Assembly (NCBI GenBank): GCA_907165135.1 | Contig: OU015568.1 | Span: 2,976,001 to 3,040,000 of the forward strand | Direction: 5' to 3' | DNA length: 64,000 nt | Source of the DNA: Oikopleura dioica | Lineage: Eukaryota; Animalia; Chordata | Part shown: positions 13,217 to 26,119 of the stretch, piece after piece | Numbering within the stretch: position 1 is the first letter of the stretch | Layout: each line of letters starts with the position of its first letter | The notes under the pieces: model-generated | Database searches by the model: none | The model's input: only the letters and a program-made list of their open reading frames with translations | Told to the model about the DNA's origin: nothing | Position numbers and translations under genes: made by a program

Positions 13217-13739
13217 ATGACAAAAATCCAAGGAATGATTTTCTCTCCCGTGCTTGAGCAAGCCTGGAAAGATATCAAGGCGAAGAAGATTAAAGGCTTC
13301 TCGATGAAATTGTCGGAAGACTTGAAGAGCATCGAGGTTGATCGAACCGTCGGATTTGAGGACAACAGCTGGAGAGAACTGACCGACTCGCTGCCTGAGG
13401 TAAGAGAATTTTTGCCTCTAAAATTTCACGCATTTCATTAAGTCGGATGTTCGATACATTCTGTACAACTTCACCTACAAGCGATCGATCGAGTACAAAG
13501 TCGACAACGACTGCATTACCCACGAAAAATGGGCGTTTCTGAAATGGCTTCCTTCTGGAGTCCCAGTCAAGCGAAAAATGATGTTTTCGATGGCCTCGAA
13601 GCCGCTCAATCAGGATTTTTTCCGAACGCGATTCCCCTGGGAGTTCCAATGCTCCGACAAAGATGAGATTTCGGCTGAATCACTGACTGAAGAATTGAAA
13701 AAGGATAAGAAGTACCAGCAAACTGTTGAAATTTACTGA
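13217..13739 (+). CDS. ADF/cofilin family actin-depolymerising factor; 1 intron (13400-13442)
   Basis: Spliced protein ...SWRELTDSLPESDVRYILYNFTY...EKWAFLKWLPSGVPVKRKMMFSMASK... matches the ADF-H pattern LPxxDxRY...FxxWxP...VKxKM. Confidence 0.85.
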
Positions 13740-13821
13740 AATTCTGCTGTTTTTGGACATTCAATAATAAATTTAAAATACACTTGTGATTATTTCATTC
13801 TCAAAAGTTCACATTCAATGA

Positions 13822-16255
13822 TCAAACTCCCATAAAATGTAGTCCAGGAGTTTTGATTGCTTCAAGATGCGTCTTTTCGTCGCCAGAGCCGAAATTCAAC
13901 TGAAATGTATCATTTTCAGAATTAGCATAAATCATGATTTCACCAAAGTTTTCTTTTTCGAGTTTGCAGAAAATAATCGAAGAGATTTTTGCTTGTTCAA
14001 ACTCATGACAAATGCATTAATATCTTTGTAAAAAGGAAACGTAACATCTGAATAGACAAAATTTGTCTCAATTCGGTCGATTCGAAGGAATCTTCCGGAA
14101 ACAAGTCGGTACAAAATGATAAAGTATCTTGCTCTCTCGAATCTATAATTATTCGAATAACTCCATAAATAGGGATTATTCTGGTTGTTGAAAGCATGGT
14201 TTCCATTTAAGCTAAATTCACGCCAACGGAAAACTGCAACAAACAGAACTCCATTTCGATCTGTTTTATTTGATAATAATATTAGACTTTGCGAGTTAAG
14301 GACCACCCTCCCCCGTCAGCGTTTTCCTTCGAAAAATGGAAATTTAAAAAAACACCATATTTTCGGTTCTTAATCCGTCCGCAGGTTAAACTTGCTTCAA
14401 AAACTAGAAAAGAGGAATATTTGACCAAGAAAAATCAATATTTTCGCCTAAATTAGGGCAAATTCGTCAGTTTTCATCAATAAGTCCGATTTTCAAATGC
14501 GATTTTGGAGGTGAAGGAGTCGAGAAGACCATTTAGAATCCATTTCCGGGGTCAAAATTTTAAAATTCCGAAATTTGATTTTTCGAAAAAAGCTGACGGG
14601 GGTCCTTAATGAAAAATTGTCGGAGGTAAATAATCGACTCGCGCCACCATCCCATAAAAATCGATACCAATTCCTGAAATCGGATAGAAATCATTTATTA
14701 TTGTATCATATGGTAACCGCGTAATCTGCGATCCAACTTTGACACCATGCGAATCATTCCTAAACTCTTTCTGCCAGAGCGGATCCTCATAAAAGCTCTC
14801 AGTCCAATCTTCATCCCTGCTTTCCATTCTTTGAAACTGTATATTATGGCTCATTGATGAGTCCACAGATACAATGTTCAATTTTCTATCGAAGATAAAT
14901 GAGTGACGACGGGAGTCAAAATCACGAGGCTTTATTCTTCCCCGGGCTTCGAGAATCGGTTTTCGTCCGCGTGCCAGTGGGCTGAAATAGAAGCAGTAAT
15001 TTCTGTATTTGATCGTCGAGCAAAAATAGAAATGATCATCGTAAACTGCGGCGACTGAGCTGCCCCTTCCAGTGAAACTTAGACGATTTGTCATGCCGTA
15101 TCTTGAAAGCATCGATCCAGATTCAACTCCAATATTAGTTAATTCGCCGTTTTGATCGCTGAGCAGATAGGTGTTGAACTCAGTATCAATAAGATAATTT
15201 CTTCCTTGGAGATACAGCGCAATACTCGGGCTGAAGTCAACGCTTAGAAGAAAGTCTGGTCGATAATTTTTCAGCCATTCTGGAGTTATTCCGATCATGT
15301 GCTTGTAAAGATATTTGAAGAATAGAACTCGATCAAAGATTTGCTTTAATTCGAGAGTTCGCGGGTCGACGGTAGCTAGCCTTGAAAACAATTGTCTGAA
15401 TCTGGGTGCAGGTTCACTTGAATCAAGGACTACACTCTTGGTCGATGAAACCTGCTCCTCTGTTAATTCCCTTGTTGTTTCAAAAAGAGGATCGTCTTCG
15501 TTGTAGTACCAAGCCAAGGGCACCTGATTGGTATCAACATGTTCGCATTGATAATAAAAGCAGGGACAACCAGAAGGACAAAGTCTCTCGAAAGGGCAGA
15601 TTTCATTCATCTCACCAGAGTCGCTCAAATGCGTTCGGCAAATTTGCCGACAGACACCGACATCTTCCTCGTTGATTTTTGAACAGAGTTGTTCGCAAAT
15701 TTTGAAGTCTTGAAATTTCGGAAAAGATTTCAAAAAGCGGGTCTTACCGTAGTAATTATATCTTTTGCATCTTTTAAGATTCACTTCTTGTTCATCTTCC
15801 GTATAAAAATCCTCATCAATCTTTTCATTTTTCTTGTAAATTACTATTTTCTTCGGATAAACAAACTCTCCAGTGTCTCGCATACACGTAGAAAAGCTTT
15901 TGTAACAATCACCATATGGAAAATCAAGAAGACACTTTTTAAAATTTCGCGCGCAAGTGTTCGTTTTAAATGTTTTTACAGGGCCAAGATTTTTAACACG
16001 CTCGAAGTTCGCTATTAGCATAACCGTGATCCAGAAAATGGAACCGAGAACAAGATAAGTGTGCTGCTGAGGATCCGTTGAAAACCCGTGCTTCGCAAAC
16101 CTCAGTGTTCCGGTGTCCTTCCTTTTCCATGTTTTCTTCTTTTTCAAATCATGTTCTTGAGTATGAATGCTTCGAATGGTCAAAATTTCTTCCGGAAAAA
16201 GGTAAACCTTCTTCCCTTTTCTTTTCAAGACGCCAAAGCAATCGCAATCAAGACA
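13822..16255 (-). CDS. Uncharacterised Cys-rich type-II membrane protein, paralog 1 (further 5' exon near 16300-16400)
   Basis: 540-aa ORF 14606-16228 containing an in-frame 39-nt intron (15709-15747), plus exons at about 14260-14000 and 13945-13822. CLDCDC motif, one hydrophobic helix, CPFERLCPSGCPC motif; closely similar to paralogs 2 and 3. Confidence 0.85.
14296..14609. mobile_element. TTAA-flanked non-autonomous element with GG...CC termini (Kolobok-type) in an intron of paralog 1
   Basis: TTAA(14296-99)GGACCACCCTCCCCGTCAGC ... GCTGACGGGGGTCC TTAA(14606-09); TIRs imperfect. Confidence 0.65.
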
Positions 16256-16760
16256 CTTTATTCAAAGATTTTTTAGGATTATTATTGATCAATTAATTTC
16301 TTACCCTAACTCTTGTTCGAAAAAGCGTCTTGTCAATCATTTTAAAAGGGTTCTTCTTTGATAAATCAGACGAGTTATCTCTTGAAGGTGTAAAAATATT
16401 CTGAAGAAAAAAAAAGCAAAATGTCTTCCATGAAGATATCTTGATTGACAACATCCCCAGTTTGTTTCCGTTTGTTTTCCGCGTTATTGATTGTTTTCCT
16501 CTTTCACCTTCTCACGGAATGAACTCGAAGCTTTGTTGCTGAACCTAGAACAAAAATTTAGCTTTTTTCTTCTTTGGAAAATCATTCTAGAATCTCAAAG
16601 TTCCCTTATTTTTATTCTCGTACCCGCAATCGTGTTTTTCGTAGATATAACTGTAAAAAAGTATTGAACGAATTTTCACTTTGTCTCTAGAACAAGTGTT
16701 GATATCAAGGCTGTTTAGCGAAAAAGCAGTCAGTTTACAATCAGCACCTCTTGAGAAAAG

Positions 16761-18256
16761 ATGGGATTCAAGACTTGTACTCCTAACCAAGCCCTTGTCG
16801 TTTCCGGTGCCTGTATCTCGTAAGTTCCAATTTCAGAATTTGTGTCAAGCTATTTTTAGAGCAAAAAAGAACAAAAACATCATCGTCGGCGGTAAAAAAT
16901 GGGTTTGGCCGATAATCCAAAAGTACAGCAAGCTTTGCCTGAACACAATGTCTCTTGAAATCCAATCCATGTAAGTACTGTTCGCTTTCTGTATAGTCTT
17001 ACTGTAATTTATTTTTTAGCAATGTGAACACATTGAAGGGCGTCCCAATTTCCTGCATCGGCGTCGCGCAGTTCAAGATTGCCGGTCAAGACAGCATGGA
17101 TCTTCTCCAAAAAGCAGCGCAGAATTTTCTCGGCAAGAGACCTGACCAGATTCAATTTCTCGCCCGCGAAACAATGGAGGGCCACCAGCGAGCGATCATC
17201 GGCGAAATGGAGGTCATCCAAATCTTACGAGACCGCAAAAAATTTGCTTCAAAAGTCATGCAAGTTGCTCTTGAAGACTTCAAAGCCCTCGGGTTGGTGC
17301 TTGTTTCGTACACGCTCAAGGACATTAGCGACAACAACGACTACCTCAGATCAATTGGAATAGGGAAAACCTCGGAGGTCAAATCCAGAGCTAGAATTGG
17401 ACAAGCTCAGGCGAAAATGCGATCGGAAATCGAACAATCTAAGGCGCATAAGGAACGAATGCAGAAAAAGGTATAAAAACAACCCAAGAAAACAGCCTAT
17501 AGAATTTCATTTTCAGTTCGCAAATGACTTGATTGTCGCTGAATCTAAACGAAACATGGATCTGGTCGTGGCGAATAACTATCAAAAAATCCATACCGAA
17601 AAAGCCATTGCCGAGTTGGCGCAAAAACTGCAGGAAGCCAAGACAAAACAAGAGGTCAAAAACGCTGAAATGGCGGTGAAAGTTGCTGAGCGAAAGCGAC
17701 AGATTGAAATTCAAGGTATTTTCTCTCTCTCTTGCTTATTTCCGAATCCCTTTTTTAGAGCAGGAAATCCTCCGACGAGCGAAAGAACTTGAAGCCAACG
17801 TCAAGAAACCAGCCGAGGCAGAAAAGTACCGAATGGAAGTCGCCGCCGAAGCCGCTCGACAACGACTCGTCCTTGAAGCCGAGGCCGAAGCTGAACTCAT
17901 CAAACTTCGAGGAGAAGCCCAGGCTTATGCAATCAACGAGAAAGCCAAGGCAGAGGCTGAACAGATGCGAAAGAAGGCTGAAGCATGGAAGCATTATAAA
18001 GATGCTGCTATTGTTGACATGGTTTTGGAAACTCTTCCAAAGGTAAGTCAACTGATGAAAAAGCTAAAAATTTATCATTTCTCAGGTTGCTTTGGAAATC
18101 GCTTCTCCAATCGCCAATGCGCGAAAAATCACCATGGTCGCCACTGGAAACGGCGATATTGGCGCTGGAAAGCTCACTGGCGAAATTCTCGATGTTGTCG
18201 CCAAACTTCCTACTGTTATTGAAAATATGACTGGCGTCAAACTTGCTCAGACTTAA
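16761..18256 (+). CDS. FLOT1: Flotillin-1 (SPFH domain), about 5 introns
   Basis: [16 protein letters not shown]...[64 protein letters not shown] and [23 protein letters not shown] are flotillin-1 hallmarks. Confidence 0.93.
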
Positions 18257-18600
18257 CTCTTTCATTTCTCCCTATTCTATTTTTATTATTCTAATAAAAT
18301 AATATTTTCTTATTTGAGTCGAAATGTTGTTCATTCAAAATGAACAACGTTCTTTTAAGATTCTCGATCCGGATGTTCTAGTGTTTGTTTTAGACATAGA
18401 AATTTTTAAAACTCTCTCCTTCCAATCGAAAGGGATTTGCATAGGGATCGATCTGGAAATTAAATTAGCGTCATCGCTTAAATTATGAATTCGTTTCTGT
18501 CTAGATGCGGTTTTCACTTGACAAGTGTAAAAATCATAGTCCGGTATTTTTCTCAGAGAAACAGTTCGGCAAGATGTTTCACTGGGGATTTATTGTTCAT

Positions 18601-20359
18601 TCAACAGTTCGTTTCGGGAAAATTGTAGCAAGTCTTGCAGAGCTCATCTTGGACCCAAGCCGGATCTTCCGTTTTCAAGTTTTTCTTAAATAAAAATCAG
18701 ATTGCTACTAAATAATTGAAGTCCTTACCTGTGCGAAAATTATAATAGTCCCAACGACGCAGATAAATGTATAAACATACAACAAGCATCTATCAATAAT
18801 CAACGCAATGTACTTCCAATCTTCCTCCACCATTTCTTGCTCATCCTCTAGCCGAAGTTTTTCGGTAATAAAATGAATCGCCTCTATCGCCGGCTTTAGC
18901 TCTTTCGCCAGTGGTTTTGCCCGACTGGATCGAGGCGCGGGATACGCTCCTTCGTCTTGATCGGCGGTGAAACAGCTGTCGTCGACGAAATTCGCCGCAG
19001 AATGAGCTTTTCGTCGCTTGTTGTCAGTCGGCAGGATTATTCCTTCGATATTAGGTCGGTAGAGCCCGACTTTTGGTGCGATCTTCAGAATGAACAACCG
19101 TTTCATCCAGCCTGGAAGGCTTTCTAGTGTTCAAAATAAAGCTTTCTATCGAGCAAATTGACGATTTTTTTGAGATTTTGAACACTTTCATATGAGTTGA
19201 CGTAGATCTGTAATGTATATTTGAAACGACGACGGACAAAATGACGGAAACCGTGACCATGCACATGGTAAACAGAAGGTACAACGCGATCAACGGAAGT
19301 GTCAGTGATGTTTCGGGCATTCTGAAGCATTCTGTAGGGCTCTTATGCGATATCATACCTTTGAGCCAGGAGAAAGAGGAAGACAGTTTGACCAAGGAGA
19401 ATTGAAATCGACAGGGTCATTTTTTCTCCAGAATCCACCGGAAGCTATAGAACAAAAAAAAACAGATAAATTGCGTTTGACTTACATAGAAAACGCCGGC
19501 AGATAGGAAGAACATAAGCATAATCGGAATGATAATATTCAAGATCCAGAAGAGCGGTTTTCTTTCCAAAAAGAGGGAGAATGTATACTGTGAAAACTCC
19601 TCCCCAGATTCGGATGTTCGGACGGAAATTGATGCTGGGCAGTACTTGAGATGCCACTCGCTTTCCATGAAGCCGGGGTCGACAACGACATAGGGCGATT
19701 CACTGTAGCTGAATTCCAAATCTCTAAAAATTTTCGAAAAGTTGAAAAGGTAAAAAAGCAAAAAGCCCTGCCTCTTATCATAAGTTGACGAACTAAAAGT
19801 AATATTGCAAATTTGTCTGTCGAAAGGAAAAAGCCTCACATCCATTGAACAGGAAGATTTGAACAGCGCTGGAGGTAGCCACTGAATGTAAGCATTGGAA
19901 TTGATAAGCGCCCTAGTTTCTTGAATGTAAGCTTTGAAAGCGCCGTCATCAGAATTGTACAGAATCAAATTCGGTTTCCAGAGGTCTGATGCTTTTGTAT
20001 TTGTTATGCCTAGTCCGTTGAATTCTGTAGAGTTCCAAGAGAGACGAAAATCGTACCAGCTCTAGAAAATAAATTTGCGACCATTTATTTGGTAAAACCT
20101 GTGTGGTATAGCCAGAAGTAATCATCTGCTCCTGTTTTTCGGAAATGCCCAGCAAACTCATCAAGTACAAATCGAGCGTCATCTTTATCGGCCCACCATC
20201 GTACTCGGTCTTTCCCGGGCGAACATCGCTATCATAATCTGCCATTATTTTCTTGTAAACCAGCGCTTCTGTCGACAAAAACTCCTCTGGCTCATTTTCT
20301 TTCGTTGCATACGACTTTCCCTTTGCGATTGCTAAAAGAAAAAGAAATTGAAAAATCAT
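18601..20359 (-). CDS. Nicotinic acetylcholine receptor subunit, non-alpha type
   Basis: Cys-loop [17 protein letters not shown]; M1 [13 protein letters not shown]; M2 [18 protein letters not shown]; MA/M4 [12 protein letters not shown]. No vicinal Cys pair in loop C ([12 protein letters not shown]). Confidence 0.92.
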
Positions 20360-20546
20360 CTCTGAGAAATTTTTTAGCAAAAAGGAAAACAAAAAGAAAG
20401 AAAACAGCTGTGCGGCTTATCACGAGCTGCAAAAGATGCTCTTATCAATTTGAAGAGAATAAAGGAATAAACAGTCTTGTGAAGAGATTTTTGTTTATTT
20501 GAAATTTTGAAGCAAAGGATATTTTTTAACAGAAAGGAGCTTTTAA

Positions 20547-22011
20547 TTATCCTCGGTTAACAGAAATTGGTTTAGTGCTGATCACGTGAGTATCATGGAA
20601 ACTATCTTCATCCGCATCTCTTCTTCTTCTTCTCTGCGCACTTTCGTCAGCAGATTCTTCAGAGGATTCTTCTAATGAAGCTGGTTCTTCGCAAGTTGGA
20701 GCGCAATTTTCAATGTCTGTATCGCATAATCTGACGCTGCTGTGGAAAAAGATCTGCTCTCCGCCATCGTCTTCTTGTGCCATGAACAAGAAAGAGTCCA
20801 TCTTGAATCGCGCCGATGTCTCCTCGCCATTTGAGAAGACCTCGAGAGTTTCGTATTCGTAGAGCTCGGAATCAAGACCGCACCCGTCCTCGATAAATTT
20901 GAAGAAGATTGAGTCATTTGGGTCCGCGCTAGAAATTATTGAGAAATCAAGTTTTGATAATGGGGGATTGTTATCAATAAGCACAAAAAGCGTGGTCAAA
21001 ATACATCAGAATTAAATTAAATAAAAAGAAGAATCACTTAGGTTTGAACTTAAACATTCGGATAAATTTACAAGAAGTTGTGTTTTTTAACAAATTAAAA
21101 ATAATTACCTTGGAGTTGCCCAACATTCTTCAATTTTAGTGACGATGTTAAGACTTCCTGTTCAATGTTATAAAACGATTCAAAAACTAGAAATATTTGG
21201 AAATATTGATGATTTTTAACATTTTCCTTCATTATTCACGTGGACAGCAATGTGTACTGGGTCTGGAACTGTAATGATGGAATCCGCTAAAGGTGAATGT
21301 TTAAGATCCATGAAGAAAGCGTTGATCAACCTGGGAGTTCTGAGCTAAATGAATTATCCTCATAGATTGCCATGGTCACAGGAAAGACTCCAAGCTCTGT
21401 GCCCATGCTCATTTCGATGTAGTGAAGAATTGTTTCTGTTTTCTGGGAAGAGACGATGTAGTCTACTAGGAGGTCGCAGTTGAACTCGACGTCGAAGTTT
21501 CTAACGCGAGTGATGCCAGAATGAGCCCTTCCGATGGAGCCGAGGATGTGGTCTTCGTAGGCCACGTGAGTCGCGTTGACTTGCCGATTCGCCGGGCAGT
21601 TGTCGGTGTCAGCGAGAAAGTTCCACCAGCCATCGTCGCCATCGACGGCGTCGGTAGCGGTGCACGACTCGGAACCCATGTACAAGTCATCGATCGAAAA
21701 TGGAGTCGTTTCCAGTCCGCACTTGGAAATTCTCAATCCACGGCTTTGAGGGTTGCAGATGATTTCAGTCATCGTTTCGAAGGTGTACTCACACGGTTCT
21801 TCGCCAGAGCCGTCTCCAGAGCCTGAAAAAGGGTTGTTCGACGGGAGTTCTTTGCCGTCAAGGCCAGGAGGAGTTTCGGGTTTTCCGTTGTTGCCGTTAC
21901 CGCTGTTCTTACCGTTTCCTTGAGCGTAGATTCCACTCTAAAATAAAACTTGAAATTTATATCTTTTTTGGGGTGACTCACCAAAGCTAAAATTTTGAAG
22001 AATTTTGCCAT
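20547..22011 (-). CDS. Secreted ZP-domain protein with polybasic furin-type site and no transmembrane anchor
   Basis: Signal exon MAKFFKILAL|SGIYA; ZP-N Cys pattern (IICNP, SESC, DNCP, FNCDL); ZP-C FIEDGC...SARFKMDSFLF...FHSSVRLC...CAPTC; RRRRR at the C-terminus. Confidence 0.85.
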
Positions 22012-22108
22012 ATTGTTTTTTTTCTCTTTCTATTTTTTTCAAAAAAGTAATGAGAATTTGAAGTGCTGGTTTCACTTGAATTGCACTCAAAAAGACCGAT
22101 CTCAAGAA

Positions 22109-22115
22109 TTTTATA
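22109..22115 (-). promoter_or_regulatory. TATA box candidate for the ZP gene
   Basis: TATAAAA on the minus strand about 100 bp upstream of the ATG at 22011. Confidence 0.35.
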
Positions 22116-22511
22116 GCACCAATTCCTCGCGCGCCACCAAAAACAAACGTGAAGTGGTGAGTATAGATAACGCATCTTGCTTAATTTTGGTGGAACAATT
22201 GCACGACAAATAGTTTTTATGTTCGCGGAAAACAATACAACGAATTTCTTTATACAATTTACCCTTCTGGATTTACCTTTCGTTGCAAAATTGCTTTTTC
22301 GCAATTTTTTATTCAGGAAACGGATTTTCTTTTGGGAACATAAGAAAATCATTATGAACTTTGAACAAAGATTTCAAATTCAAATTTCAACCCACTCCAC
22401 CGTCAAATTCCAAATTCTCCACTCGCGGGCGCCCTTTCCAGACTCACAGCTTTCTCTTTTCCGGAAAAACGGTCTCATTCACCAGATTGATATTTTTTGG
22501 ACATCAAAAAT

Positions 22512-23337
22512 ATGAAATTTTTTTACTTCCGCCATTCTCGTCAATTCCGTCTTGGCCGATCAAGCCGCGAATAGTGCAGCAATTGATGCTAAAGTTGCTG
22601 AATTGAGTGCGATCGAAATCGCTGGAGAGTGGAAATGCGAGAAAATAGAAAAGACGGAGAAACGAATGCTCGCAAAGTGCCAAGCTGTTTGCCCGGATTT
22701 CGACGGGACTTTCAATTATTTGCGTGAGTAGCGGAAAGAAGGCCAAGTGCAATTGTTATCTTTCGGATTATGCGGGATTATTTGTACCTATCTTTCAATG
22801 CAAAACGTTTTCTATGACATAGATAAGGGGTTTATATATAAAGATAAGAGTCTCACAAGAGTCAGGTTCCATTTTCGATAACGTGATTATAATAGACTTT
22901 GGTACATAGACAATTAAGACGATTATGATAACAAATTTTCCTCTAGAGAGCATCTTTTTCTTTCATCAATATTTTCAATTCAGCGATGTTCAAACGCGCT
23001 TCCGCGAAAATCGTCGCCCGGAATGGAGAAGCTGAAATCCTATCGGAAACTATCAGGGGTCAGCTGTCTTGCTGGGATGAAGTGGAAACCTTCATGACTC
23101 CCGCCTTTCTTGAGGAAAATCACAAAGTGAGAAGAGGAACTTGGAGCTGCTTGGCAAAGGAAGGAGGGACCGTCTTCTGCAGAAATAAATGCAACGATAG
23201 TGGCGAAGTTCGGTGAGTTGAGAAATTCATAGTCGAGAGTTTTATCGATTTCTAGCGTTACCGCGAAGCTGGATCAAAGAGGAATGGACTTTTCGAAGAC
23301 GAAGCCTTTCAACAAAAGAGCCTGCATCGATGAATAA
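22512..23337 (+). CDS. Small secreted protein with two Cys repeats (GxWxC...CxxxCxD...C); needs a one-base correction at 22518-22524
   Basis: With 6 rather than 7 T after ATGAAA the frame reads MKFFTSAILVNSVLA-DQAANS...GEWKC...KCQAVCPD. A phase-1 GTGAGT/TTCAG intron joins it to ORF 22986 (GTWSC...FCRNKCND), and a last exon ends ACIDE*. Confidence 0.6.
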
Positions 23338-23548
23338 ATTCTTACCTCAAATCTATTTCTTTCCAAAAAACTTAATAAAAAATAGACTTTGAAATATTGG
23401 CGGAGCAAATCAGACATGCATAAAATCGGCGCGGTTTTCACGCAACGTGTGAAATTTTCGCAACTTCTGCATTTTCTAGAGGCTCTAGGGTAGAGCTTTC
23501 TCGAATATTACACCTAAAGAATCAACCTCTTGGGGGAGATCTGTCTTT

Positions 23549-25813
23549 GTGGTTTCTGAAAAAGGTCGAGAGAAATGGCAAGCTTCAGAACTGTCAGAAT
23601 TTTCCTCGAGGGTACCTCATTTCGAAAGAAGTTCGTCAAAGTCCTTAAAAATGAAAACTGACGAGTTAGAGATAAAGGTAAAAAAATATATTTGCAGTCA
23701 AATATCCTCTATCAAAGTGCTTGGATTGCGATTGCGTTGGATTTGTAAGAATCGTTAACAACGAAGGCGTTTTGGTCCCAGCAAAGGAAAAAGCTTTATT
23801 TCATTACCGTCAGCCTAAAAAATTTGCTCTCAAGAAACAGTACGTAGAAAAATCCTTGATGAACTTTTTTCTTTTACAAAATCTAGTGGCTTCGGAACCC
23901 TTCGCCAAAAATTAAGCTACCTGCTTTTTGGCACGCTTTTCTGGCAGAGCATTGTTTTGATAGCCAACTTCGAAAGCGTTAAAAATCTTGCTCCTTTGGA
24001 AACTTTCAAAACCAAAACCTGCGCGCGCAATTTTAAGAAATGTCTACTCAACTTTCCGTATGGTGATTGTTACAAAAGCTTCTCTACTTGTATGCGCGAA
24101 ACTGGTCAATTTCGTTTTCCGGCTCAAATAGTCTCTTACAAGACGAGAGAAAATATTGATGATGATTTTTATACGAAAGATGAGCAGGACGTCAATTTAA
24201 AAAAGTGCAAAAGATATAACTTCTACGGTAAGACCAATTTTTCTTCTGAAATAATTAAAATTTGATTCGTAGATTTAAAAATTTGCGAGCAACTCTGTTC
24301 GAAAATCCACAAAGAAGATGTTGCTCTTTGTCGCCAAATCTGCCGATCGCATTTGAGCGAAAAAGGAGAAATAAATGAAATCTGCCCTTTTGAGAAACTC
24401 TGTCCTGCTGGTTGCCCTTGTATTTACTATCAGTGCGAGCACGTGGATACAAATCAAGTTCCTCTCGCTTGGTACTACCAAGGGAATGACCCTCTTTTCG
24501 ACGCGATAAAGACGACAAATGACGAGACCGCTTCAACAACCATGGATCAAGTTATGTTTGATCCGAGTGAGCCTGCACCTAGATTGAGACAGGTCTTTTC
24601 AAGGCTAGCCTCTGTCGATCCAAAAACGCTGAAATTAAAACAGATCTACGAGCGAGTTCTCTTCTACAAATTTTGGTACAACCACTTTTACAAAATAACG
24701 CCAGAATGCCTGAAAAGTTATCGACCAGACTTTATTCTCAGCCTTGATTACAACCCGATTATTGCGCTCTACCTCAAAGGAAGAAACTATCTCGTCGACC
24801 CTGAATTCAATACTAATATGATTAATGATGAAAAGGAGGCGCTCTTGATCGATTTGGGAGTTGAGTCTGAAGCGATGCTTTCAAGATATGGAGTGACGAA
24901 TCGTCTGATGTTTAATGGAAAGGGAAGCTCCGTCGCTGCAGTGTTCGATGATCACTTTTATTTTTGCTCGACGATCAAATACAGAAACTACTGCTTCTAT
25001 TTCGACCCGCTGACTCGCGGACGAAAAAGAATCCTCGAAGCAAGAGGAAGAATCAAATCACGTGAACACGACACTCGAAAACACGCTTTTGTCTTCAACG
25101 AAAAACTGAATATTCTATCTGTCGATTCTATAGCTAGCCATAATATACAGCTTCAAAGAATGGAAAGAAGATATCGCGATTGGACCGTTAGCTATTACGA
25201 AGACCCACTTTGGGAGAAGGAATTTAGGAATGACTCGCATGGTGAAATAGTTGGATCGCAGATTACTCAACTGCCATTTGACACAGTTATTAACGACTTC
25301 TATCCGATTCCAGGACTGGAAAGCTCTTTCAAAGTCAAGTAAACTTTTGATATCATAGTTTGAGTATCTTAAAAAAGACAGGAAAGGAGTCCTTTTTATT
25401 GCAACTTTTCGATGGCGTGAGTTCGATTTTGGCAAATCAACTTTTGTCGACATGAGCCAGCCCTACTTGGCGACTTTTTCGAATCATAATTTTACGAAAG
25501 CAAAATATTTTATCATTTTGTACCGACTCGTCGCTGGAAGATTCGTGCGAATTGACCGAATGGAGACGAATTTTGCTTATTCAAATGTCCTCAATCCCTT
25601 TTATAAAGATATAAATGTATTCGGCACGAGTTAAAAAATGCTGAAGAGTCCTAATAGATTCTCTTGATTTAACTCAACACAGATCACTTAGGCGCAATAA
25701 TGATTTATGCGAATTCAGAGGAAGATATTTTTCAGTTGAATTTCGAGTCTGGCGACCAGAAGACGCATCTTGAAAGAATAAAAACTCCTGGACTTCATTT
25801 TATGGGCGTTTAA
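23549..25813 (+). CDS. Uncharacterised Cys-rich type-II membrane protein, paralog 2 (start uncertain)
   Basis: CLDCDC; KHGFGTLRQKLSYLLFGTLFWQSIVLIANF; ORFs 23957-24265 and 24353-25342; last exons end TPGLHFMGV*, as in paralog 1. Confidence 0.85.
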
Positions 25814-26119
25814 TTGTTCAAAATATCATTTTTTTAAACAAAATAAATCAAGTTTATCTGTTTTCAAGTAAAATTTTGTTAGGTAAAAGACGAACGACCT
25901 CATTTTTTAGACTGCAAATATTCGAAACTTGGGTTAGGGAAATATCATGCTTCAAAATTGACATTTTTACGCACAAAAACTCTACTTTTTCTGGGAGTTA
26001 GAATACACAGAGAATCATTTCATTCAAAATAGAGGACAAATTAAAATTATGCCGCAAACAGAATTAGAAAAAAAAGTTTCATTTTTTAGGAAAAAGATAA
26101 GATAAATTAAAAAATAAAG

